From a virus (Duplodnaviria > Caudoviricetes), in IMG/VR virus record IMGVR_UViG_3300032295_003626, positions 1 to 29,318 of that record: a stretch of DNA of 29,318 nucleotides; one strand, written 5' to 3'. The notes below the pieces were generated by a model that saw only the letters and a list, made by a program, of their open reading frames with translations, was not told the DNA's origin and did not search any database. Below are positions 18,572 through 24,795 of the stretch, piece after piece. The position numbers and the translations under genes are program-made. Positions within the stretch are counted from its first letter, which is position 1. The number at the start of each line of letters is the position of its first letter.

Positions 18572-18735
18572 TTGGATTCTCCTTTCGCTTTGGCGATTGC
18601 AGCGCGGGCAATGTCGATTGCGTCGATAATCGACAGGCCGTTTGGTTCGCTTGGCGCTGCGCTGGGGTCCCAATCTGCAATTTGTTTTAGTGCGATAAGC
18701 AACTCGGGAGCAGCAGCAATGAGGTTTGTTTCCAT
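18568..18735 (-). CDS. small phage protein (LIAAAPELL...ARAAIAKA type)
   Basis: Common phage motif; start METNL at 18735. Confidence 0.7.
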   Translation of the reverse strand: METNLIAAAPELLIALKQIADWDPSAAPSEPNGLSIIDAIDIARAAIAKAKGESK

Positions 18736-18739
18736 GGGA

Positions 18740-19444
18740 TTAGGCAGCGTCGGCATAGCGGGTGGTCTCGGTGGAGGTGGCGGTGTTGGAGAAACCTATG
18801 GGCCAGAACGGGCGTGTGATTTGCGGGTCGAGCTTGGGTTTCTCGATGAAGACGAAGTTCCACAGCAGGAGCAAGTGGGCGGATGCCATGTGGTTGGCGA
18901 TGGGGGTTTGTGGCACTTCGCGCAGACGGGCCTCGGAGTTGCAGCCTGCCGCATGGACGGGCGATCCGGTGTCGTCTGTGAGGATCTCGGGCCAACGCAC
19001 GCGCGGGTCGCGGGGAGTGCCCTTGTCGGATGGTGAATACCACCAAGACTCTGCGCCGATTGTCGAGTTCGCAGCGGAGAGCACGATGACCCTCGCGGCG
19101 GCATCTGCCGCACCGAGCGCGTGCAGACGGGCCAGGTGGTTGTCCGCCATGATGATGATGCTGTCGCCATCCTTGACGCGGAAGGAGGTGTCGATGTAGG
19201 AGGTGGATGTCTTTAATCTCCCATACCACGGGCATTGCTCCTTCAGCGCGGTCGCCTTGTAGGTGTCGATGTGTTCGCGGACGAAATTCTGCCTGCGCAG
19301 GTTGTGCTCTTCGAGCCTGTCGCCATCGTGCAAGATGACTTGGTGGCCACGGAGGTCGTCGTCTTGGCAATACCGCAGGGTGCGGAGGAATGGCGGCAGG
19401 AAGTAGCTGGCTACGCCGCCGCAGCCGATGATGTGAGTGGTCAT
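18740..19444 (-). CDS. ThiF/E1-like ubiquitin-activating enzyme
   Basis: IIGCGGVA, HDGDRLEEHNLRRQNF, YKA, ADN, candidate catalytic Cys in AAGCNSE followed by PQTPIAN. Confidence 0.9.
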   Translation of the reverse strand: MTTHIIGCGGVASYFLPPFLRTLRYCQDDDLRGHQVILHDGDRLEEHNLRRQNFVREHIDTYKATALKEQCPWYGRLKTSTSYIDTSFRVKDGDSIIIMADNHLARLHALGAADAAARVIVLSAANSTIGAESWWYSPSDKGTPRDPRVRWPEILTDDTGSPVHAAGCNSEARLREVPQTPIANHMASAHLLLLWNFVFIEKPKLDPQITRPFWPIGFSNTATSTETTRYADAA

Positions 19445-19683
19445 AAGTTATTGATGGCAGAGAGGATTTCTTGGTTTTCGTTGCGCTTCATGCGGATCAT
19501 TTCTTTGTGACGATCCCGCTTGGATTGGAAGTCACTTGATCCAATGAATTGCCGCAGCGTGCGCACAGAAGACTTGTCCGCAACGAGCGACGGGAGGACT
19601 TGATTGATGAATTTCTGGTCTTCCGATTCTTCATCAAAGTCCGGAATATGCAGTTGGCATTTCAGCTTTTCGTAGAGTTTCAT
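19441..19683 (-). CDS. hypothetical protein between E2 and E1
   Basis: ATGA overlaps with both E2 and E1. Confidence 0.7.
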   Translation of the reverse strand: MKLYEKLKCQLHIPDFDEESEDQKFINQVLPSLVADKSSVRTLRQFIGSSDFQSKRDRHKEMIRMKRNENQEILSAINNL

Positions 19684-20411
19684 ATAGCGATGGATTCAAA
19701 AAACTTGTCAAATATGTCGTTGGACACCGTGCGGGCATTGTCGCGGTATCGGTGATCTTCCCAGCCCTGATAATCGGGCGTGAGTTCCTCGCCCGGAGTC
19801 CACAGGAGCAGCGGGATGGGATTCACAGATGGGCGCAAGTCATTGACGGAGTTGGTGGTCTGAAGCCATGTCACGGCAGCTTCGAAGGCTTCCTGCATCG
19901 GTAGTGTTGCGACGCGGGAGTGTTCTGCGCGCCAGCCGTCGCCCATGCAGATCCTGCCATCTTCGAAGGTGTTGGAGAATGGCGGGCGGTAGATGTTCTC
20001 CCCCACCACATACCAGCACATAAATGGCTCGCGCTGCATGAACAGCCGTCCGGTGACATCAATATCGAAGATGGTAAAAAACCACATCTCATGTCCTGGC
20101 GGGGGGATGAAGTCGAGGCTCTGGTGGATTGATATGCGGTTGTCGTAGAAGACGGCGTGGACTCCAGCTGTGCCATCGGGGAGCGTGATGGGGGCGAAGT
20201 GCGTGTTCAGGCGCACGCTGTCGAGCTTGCGGCCAAGCACAAGCTGCTGGGATGAGATTTTGGCGGCATACCCCTTCGCGGGGAAGTCGCGGATCAGCAC
20301 CGGCTCGCTGCGCGCGATGTTGCGGAGCATCTCGTTGGCATTGGCGATGGGGGTGAGGTCGGCGCGACGGAGTTGGCCGTCTGTGGCGTCGATGAGGTAG
20401 AATGAGTTCAT
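19680..20411 (-). CDS. prokaryotic E2-like conjugating enzyme
   Basis: YRPPFSNTFEDGRICMG matches the E2 N-x4-G-x-IC active-site flap as in Prok-E2/PRTRC protein B; start MNSFYL at 20411. Confidence 0.78.
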   Translation of the reverse strand: MNSFYLIDATDGQLRRADLTPIANANEMLRNIARSEPVLIRDFPAKGYAAKISSQQLVLGRKLDSVRLNTHFAPITLPDGTAGVHAVFYDNRISIHQSLDFIPPPGHEMWFFTIFDIDVTGRLFMQREPFMCWYVVGENIYRPPFSNTFEDGRICMGDGWRAEHSRVATLPMQEAFEAAVTWLQTTNSVNDLRPSVNPIPLLLWTPGEELTPDYQGWEDHRYRDNARTVSNDIFDKFFESIAI

Positions 20412-20428
20412 AGTCTTATGATAATGAT
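20412..20428. repeat. 17-bp palindromic motif, copy 4 (degenerate)
   Basis: AGTCTTATGATAATGAT; abuts the E2 ATG and contains the upstream stop. Confidence 0.6.
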
Positions 20429-20640
20429 TTGCGTTTGCGAGTTGGTTTGGGTTTGCGAATGGGGTTGCGAATACCGGCAAGGTAAGCGAGGAGGTATTTC
20501 TCCATGTGGTCGAAGGCTTGGGTGATTTTCTCGCGGTCTTCGTGGTCTTTGCTGTCGCCTTTGGTTTTCTCAAAGGCGTGACGGGCTACAGCGACGGCAA
20601 AGAAAGCGTGTTCGTAATCAGGTAGTTTGTGATCTGACAT
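20416..20640 (-). CDS. hypothetical protein with basic tail
   Basis: Start MSDHKL at 20640. Confidence 0.65.
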   Translation of the reverse strand: MSDHKLPDYEHAFFAVAVARHAFEKTKGDSKDHEDREKITQAFDHMEKYLLAYLAGIRNPIRKPKPTRKRKSLS

Positions 20641-20655
20641 GGTGAAGTAAGATGG

Positions 20656-20691
20656 GACGAGTCGCCGCAGTGGGGGCTGCGGCGACTTGTC
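20656..20691. other. 15-bp GC-rich stem-loop right after the Ubl stop
   Basis: GACGAGTCGCCGCAG-TGGGGG-CTGCGGCGACTTGTC; no U-tract. Confidence 0.7.
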
Positions 20692-20695
20692 GGAA

Positions 20696-20920
20696 TTAGG
20701 CGGCCTTCGAGTGCGCCAACTTCTGGATGAGGAGGGTGTCTCCTGCATACAGGGTCGTGTTCGTGTCCGCCTTGGCGCCGGAGATGAGACCCTCGACATT
20801 GGTGGTGTCGAAGTTCAATACTGCGGCGTAGTTAGCGTTGGACAGGATCTGTCCAACAGTCGTGCCTTCCGGCACATCCACTGCGAGGGTGTTGAGACCC
20901 GATTTGAGATTTACGAGCAT
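20696..20920 (-). CDS. ubiquitin-like (beta-grasp) protein
   Basis: 74 aa; VDVPEGTTVGQIL and LYAGDTLLI fit the MoaD/ThiS/Ubl pattern; good RBS AGAAAGGA; upstream of E2/E1/JAB. Confidence 0.8.
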   Translation of the reverse strand: MLVNLKSGLNTLAVDVPEGTTVGQILSNANYAAVLNFDTTNVEGLISGAKADTNTTLYAGDTLLIQKLAHSKAA

Positions 20921-21045
20921 GGTCGTATTTCCTTTCTATCTGTGCGCGTGAATGACTCGACGCGCGGCGAGGGGGCTGCGGCCCAAAGTGAGAAGGGGGG
21001 AATCCTTTGTAGGCGTGGAACGACGCCTCGTTAAATTGTCAGAGC

Positions 21046-21182
21046 AGGGCCAGGAGGGAGTCGAACCCTCATTTCCAAACGGCAAACTCTTTGAACGCAC
21101 GGCCTATGCGCCATCCGTTTTTTCGCGAATTTCGGATGTGAGGTCTGTGGTTTGGCGTGTGAACCTATTACACTACTGGCCC
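21046..21182 (-). tRNA. tRNA-like RNA with ~70-nt insertion in the anticodon loop (identity unassignable)
   Basis: Acceptor GGGCCAG/CTGGCCC, T8A9, D-arm GTGT-AATAGGTTC-ACAC, anticodon stem CCAAAC/GTTTGG, variable AAAT, T-arm GAGGG-TTCGACT-CCCTC; no encoded CCA. Confidence 0.75.
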
Positions 21183-21217
21183 GTCGGTGGTGGACTTACC
21201 TCTGACCTCCAGGATTG

Positions 21218-21380
21218 AAATTGTAGATGAATGCTTCAACTTTCGTGGCATTCTTGCGCCCCATTCGGTTCGTCCTCGCAAGGAGTGGGCTACAATTTTT
21301 TAGATAGCTCTAAACCATAACGGCGGCGACTTGCGCTGTTCACCTTTCCTTCTAGAATGTGGTGAGCAGACTATCTAAAA
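21218..21380 (-). ncRNA. candidate structured RNA (two adjacent closed domains)
   Basis: AAATTGTAG/CTACAATTT and TTTTAGATAG/CTATCTAAAA closing stems with internal hairpins; no good ORF. Confidence 0.4.
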
Positions 21381-21396
21381 GTCTTATCGTAAGACG
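21380..21396. repeat. 17-bp palindromic motif, copy 5
   Basis: AGTCTTATCGTAAGACG directly after a stop codon. Confidence 0.85.
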
Positions 21397-21558
21397 CTAA
21401 TAATCAACGCACCTAAATTTTCCGGTGAGTTGCTGCACGATTTCTTGAATCTCGCGGCGGTGATCGTCTTTTTTCACCTTGTGCGGGCGCGACGGGGGGA
21501 GTGTCGGTTTGCGAATGCGTTTGAGGCATTCGAGTTGTGTAGGAGTTTTTATTTTCAT
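21397..21558 (-). CDS. small basic protein
   Basis: Start MKIKTP at 21558; flanked exactly by two palindromes. Confidence 0.6.
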   Translation of the reverse strand: MKIKTPTQLECLKRIRKPTLPPSRPHKVKKDDHRREIQEIVQQLTGKFRCVDY

Positions 21559-21575
21559 AGTCTTATCGCAAGACT
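21559..21575. repeat. 17-bp palindromic motif, copy 6
   Basis: AGTCTTATCGCAAGACT; contains the upstream TAA and abuts the ATG. Confidence 0.9.
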
Positions 21576-21901
21576 TCTTCGCGATCCCCTTGCCAAGCAT
21601 CGCGGGCTTGGCAGATGAGATTCAATGCTTCAGTGGCCTCTTTTGTGTCAAGGCTTTGCAGGTAGCGGCCGAGGTAGTTGAAGCAATCTTCGGCGGCCTC
21701 GCGGTTTTCGTCTGCATCGGTGCGGTTGCGGAGAGTGATGGACTCCAAGTTATCTTCGGAATCGTAAATGCCCTCTGCTATGTCATTGATGGACATGGCA
21801 TCCGAATCGGAGTCGGCTTGGAAATTTACCTGAATCTGTGCGGGGCAGTGCCCCTTTTCTTCGGCATCTCTGCCGATATTGATAATGTCTTGGAGTGTCA
21901 T
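21563..21901 (-). CDS. acidic hypothetical protein
   Basis: Start MTLQDII at 21901. Confidence 0.65.
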   Translation of the reverse strand: MTLQDIINIGRDAEEKGHCPAQIQVNFQADSDSDAMSINDIAEGIYDSEDNLESITLRNRTDADENREAAEDCFNYLGRYLQSLDTKEATEALNLICQARDAWQGDREEVLR

Positions 21902-22041
21902 GAGTAAATGTGGTAAAGTTGAAATGCGAGGACGGCTAGGATGACCAGTAGGATGCGGAGCAGTCGGAAAAACCGCGCCTTGGCGGCGCGGTATTCCCGT
22001 TGCTCGCGGTCTTCCCAAAGGAGGTTTCGATATGGATTCAT
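21898..22041 (-). CDS. small membrane protein (not in the ORF track)
   Basis: Translated by hand, 47 aa: MNPYRNLLWEDREQREYRAAKARFFRLLRILLVILAVLAFQLYHIYS; ATGA overlap. Confidence 0.6.
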   Translation of the reverse strand: MNPYRNLLWEDREQREYRAAKARFFRLLRILLVILAVLAFQLYHIYS

Positions 22042-22058
22042 AGTCTTATCGCAAGACT
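22042..22058. repeat. 17-bp palindromic motif, copy 7
   Basis: AGTCTTATCGCAAGACT fills the whole gap between a TGA and an ATG. Confidence 0.9.
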
Positions 22059-22300
22059 CATGCCTCTTTGGTCTTGAGCGCGAAGGTGTTGGCAGCTATG
22101 AAGCTGCGGATTTCCTCGGCTTTCTCCAGCAGGGTCTCCATCTGCTCCTTGTAGAGCGTGACGGGAAACCGCCCCAGTCCATAGACGGACACGGCTCCCT
22201 TTTCGGAAACCTTGAGCTTCACGGATGCGGCTTTTTTGGCTTTGAGGGCGGCGAGTTCCGCGCGGAGCGCGGTGAGTTCGGATTTTTCTTGTGCTGACAT
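22058..22300 (-). CDS. conserved viral hypothetical protein
   Basis: KVSEKGAVSVYGLGRFPVTLYKEQ motif. Confidence 0.8.
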   Translation of the reverse strand: MSAQEKSELTALRAELAALKAKKAASVKLKVSEKGAVSVYGLGRFPVTLYKEQMETLLEKAEEIRSFIAANTFALKTKEA

Positions 22301-22321
22301 GGTGTTTGGTTGGGTTGGTTG

Positions 22322-22504
22322 TTAATGGGCGACTGGTTCGCCAAAGTGGCACTCGACTACTTGGGGGTTCCGATGCGCCAACTCGGGAGCGTCGGCGTGT
22401 TTTTTAGCTTCCTCGTAAGTCGGGAAGACTCGGCGCGTGAGCAGGGTTAAGGCGGCTTGGCAGTCGTCATCGTTTTTGCCGATGACAAGGAATTGACTTT
22501 GCAT
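22322..22504 (-). CDS. hypothetical protein
   Basis: 60-aa ORF in operon orientation. Confidence 0.55.
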   Translation of the reverse strand: MQSQFLVIGKNDDDCQAALTLLTRRVFPTYEEAKKHADAPELAHRNPQVVECHFGEPVAH

Positions 22505-22525
22505 AAATTGGCGGCTGCTTGAATC

Positions 22526-22844
22526 AACCTGTGAGGGCTAAGCAAGCTATCGCTGGCCGACAGCGGGCGGCGGTCGCCACCCCCCTTATTACTGGAACGA
22601 CCAGCTTCATCTCATCAGTGGGTTCTGATTAGGGCTCGTGAGGCCCTCGGCTCGTTTGCTTATGGCAAGGATGGCGGCGGCGGAAAGTGGATTCCCGCAG
22701 GGCGAGTCGCCGCCCTGCGGGCTGCCACAAGGTTGCGACGCGGATCAGGCGACGCAGAGCCTCGCGGCAGGGTTTCGGTAATTGGGCTGACAAGCCCTCA
22801 GCCAGTCCGATTGCTGGCAGCCAAGGAGTCGCCCTTGGCAGGTT
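22526..22844 (-). ncRNA. candidate ~320-nt multi-domain structured RNA
   Basis: Closing stem AACCTG/CAGGTT, nested long-range stems, three hairpins with GCGAC(U) loops. Confidence 0.5.
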
Positions 22845-23109
22845 AATGAGTTTGGGATGGAATGTCGGAAATATCACAGGCGTTCATTTCCGCATGGGTC
22901 GGAGTGATTTCCCTTACCCAAGTGTCCACATGGTCGAGGCCCCAGCACGGCTCTTGGCCTGGGATGAAGAAGCCTTTCCCGCAGGGGGAGACATGAACCA
23001 CATTGAATCGGCACTCCACAATGACCAGCCACAGGGAGCTTGGCTCGGGGATAAAGGGCGGTAGCCCAGCATCGAGGAGGGCTTGTGTGCGGATAATGGA
23101 GTTCATCAC
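22843..23109 (-). CDS. hypothetical protein
   Basis: 88-aa ORF in operon orientation. Confidence 0.55.
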   Translation of the reverse strand: MMNSIIRTQALLDAGLPPFIPEPSSLWLVIVECRFNVVHVSPCGKGFFIPGQEPCWGLDHVDTWVREITPTHAEMNACDISDIPSQTH

Positions 23110-23142
23110 CAGAATGGATTGGACGGGTAAGTTTGGTTTGAT

Positions 23143-23178
23143 AAAAGGGAAGGGAGCGGGGCTTGCGCCCCGCTCCCT
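23143..23178 (-). terminator. intrinsic terminator
   Basis: AGGGAGCGGGGC-GCAA-GCCCCGCTCCCT-TCCCTTTT. Confidence 0.75.
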
Positions 23179-23184
23179 GTGGGA

Positions 23185-24072
23185 TCAGGCTTTGATCGTT
23201 GCGAGTTCCGCGAGTTCCACGATGCGGGCAGTGACCCGATCTTGGTCGATCGCAGAGAGGCGGGTCAACCCGGCCTCAACCTCGTCGAGAAGGCGGAGGA
23301 GATCCTCTGCTGTGATCTTCGCGGCGGGCGCGGGCGGTGGGGTCGCCTCGGGCTTCTTGGCCTCGGGCTTCTTGTCGTCCGGCTTCTTGGCCTCGGGCTT
23401 CTTGGCGTCCTTGGCCTCGGGCTTGTCGGCCTCGGGTTCGGGCTTGTCCTCCTCGGCGTGCTTGGCGGCGGCGTCGAGTTCGGCCTTGCGCTTGCGGAGT
23501 TCCTCCAGCTCGGCCTTCTCGGCCTCGGCTTTGGCGGCGGCCTTGGCCTCCGCCTCGGCCTTGGCGGCCTTGGCTTTTGCCTCGGCGGCGGCGCGCTCCT
23601 CGGAGGTCAGCCCAGTCTCATAGAGAGACGAGAGATCGTCCGCGAAGTCGGTGGAGTTGCGGACGACCGCAGCCACCTCGGTGGCAGTGAGTTGCCGCTT
23701 GGATGTCTTCGATTGCACTCGGCAAATCTGCCAGCAATCATTGAAGGCCAGAGTGTCATACTCGGCTTCGGTGAGGTGGCCTTGATCCACCAAGTCAAAG
23801 ACCTTGGCGGCGTAGCTGGCATTGGAGACAGTCCCCTTTTTGATTCCGGCCCCGATAAGGAGCGGGAAGATGGACTGGCCGGATTCGAGGTTGCTCTCGA
23901 TGACTCGGAACAATTTCCCCATCGCGCTGAAGGCGCGTTGGGCTGACAGCGCTTCGATGGCGAAGCGCTCGATGCGGTCGGCTTGCGGGAGCGCAACGGC
24001 TTCCGCGAAGGAGAGTGCCATGAGGGCACTCGCAGATGCGCCAGACGGCGCGGTTTTTCTTTTAGCTGGCAT
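23185..24072 (-). CDS. hypothetical protein with Ala/Lys/Glu/Pro low-complexity linker
   Basis: Strong codon bias; KKPEA/KKPDD repeats; own terminator. Confidence 0.8.
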   Translation of the reverse strand: MPAKRKTAPSGASASALMALSFAEAVALPQADRIERFAIEALSAQRAFSAMGKLFRVIESNLESGQSIFPLLIGAGIKKGTVSNASYAAKVFDLVDQGHLTEAEYDTLAFNDCWQICRVQSKTSKRQLTATEVAAVVRNSTDFADDLSSLYETGLTSEERAAAEAKAKAAKAEAEAKAAAKAEAEKAELEELRKRKAELDAAAKHAEEDKPEPEADKPEAKDAKKPEAKKPDDKKPEAKKPEATPPPAPAAKITAEDLLRLLDEVEAGLTRLSAIDQDRVTARIVELAELATIKA

Positions 24073-24113
24073 ATACTTTACTTTCTAACCCGCTTCAAAC
24101 ACGATCATTTTCG

Positions 24114-24130
24114 AGTCTTGCGATAAGACT
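24114..24130. repeat. 17-bp palindromic motif, copy 8
   Basis: (G)AGTCTTGCGATAAGACT(C), intergenic. Confidence 0.9.
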
Positions 24131-24224
24131 CAAAAACGAATCGCAGGAGACACAACGCGGGCGGGTGTCGCGCTGTGCAGAAATTGAAATCACCAATCCG
24201 AAATGGACGGCGTGGGGGGGGTAT

Positions 24225-24252
24225 AAAAAACGCGCCAATTACTTGGCGCGTT
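24225..24252 (-). terminator. intrinsic terminator overlapping a stop codon
   Basis: AACGCGCCAA-GTAA-TTGGCGCGTT-TTTT. Confidence 0.7.
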
Positions 24253-24733
24253 CTCGGATGTCGCGCCCGTCATGCCCTACGGCGGGCGGGCGGATAGTCA
24301 CCCAAGTGGGAGAGACATCCACGCCGATCAGTTTTGCGTGCTTTTCGGGCTTGGGCTTGCGTTTGGAGGTTGCAAGCACTTTGCGGCCTTCCGCGAGGAA
24401 ATTTTCAGCGGCGGCATCACCGCAAACTCTCCGCACTTTTTGCGCGAGCTTGGCGAGTTTGATGGGGTTCGTATGCGGCACAATTTTGAAGTCGTGCGTT
24501 TGTCCGAAGGCGTGGATTGTGCAATCCAGTTTTATTCCTGCCGGTTTGAGTTCCTTCTTTTCCTCGCCTGTCTTTTTGACGACGCGAGTTTTTCCAGTAG
24601 GGAAAAACAGGCGGCCAGTGTCGCAGGTAAGGGTTGCCGGAGTCTTATCACAAGACCGAGGCTTGCGTTCCGGGGGTTCTGGCAGGTTGTAGAGTTTCTG
24701 CCAGACTTGATCGAAGTAACTGGTTTTTTGCAT
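24239..24733 (-). CDS. basic hypothetical protein
   Basis: Start probably MQKTSY at 24733. Confidence 0.65.
   Translation of the reverse strand: MQKTSYFDQVWQKLYNLPEPPERKPRSCDKTPATLTCDTGRLFFPTGKTRVVKKTGEEKKELKPAGIKLDCTIHAFGQTHDFKIVPHTNPIKLAKLAQKVRRVCGDAAAENFLAEGRKVLATSKRKPKPEKHAKLIGVDVSPTWVTIRPPAVGHDGRDIRERAK
24641..24657. repeat. 17-bp palindromic motif, copy 9 (intragenic)
   Basis: AGTCTTATCACAAGACC. Confidence 0.8.
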
Positions 24734-24754
24734 AGACGGATTATTTTCTTTCAC

Positions 24755-24788
24755 AAAAAAAGGGCAGGCTTTTTAGCCTGCCCTTTTT
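24755..24788. terminator. bidirectional intrinsic terminator
   Basis: AAAAAAAGGGCAGGCT-TTTT-AGCCTGCCCTTTTT. Confidence 0.85.
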
Positions 24789-24795
24789 AGGGTTT

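Noticed and set aside
16073-20920. Thiamine/molybdopterin sulfur-carrier pathway, or CBASS
   Set aside because: The presence of an E2, the lack of a GG tail, and the absence of ThiG/MoaE, CD-NTase or effector genes fit a conjugation cassette better
21046-21182. tmRNA or group I intron-containing tRNA
   Set aside because: It has a full D-stem and G3-C70, no tag ORF, and the 69-nt insert is too short for a group I core
21380-22058. Palindrome copies as a CRISPR array
   Set aside because: Repeats are 17 bp, spaced hundreds to thousands of bp apart around intact genes, and no cas genes are present
22608-22630. CTGATGAG (hammerhead core) and CAGAACCC (RNase P-like) words on the minus strand
   Set aside because: No correctly placed stem II plus GAAA for a hammerhead, and no GAGGAAAGTCC for RNase P
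23345-23595. Tandem GGCTTCTTGGCCTCG-type repeats
   Set aside because: Explained by the low-complexity KKPEA/AEAKA protein linker
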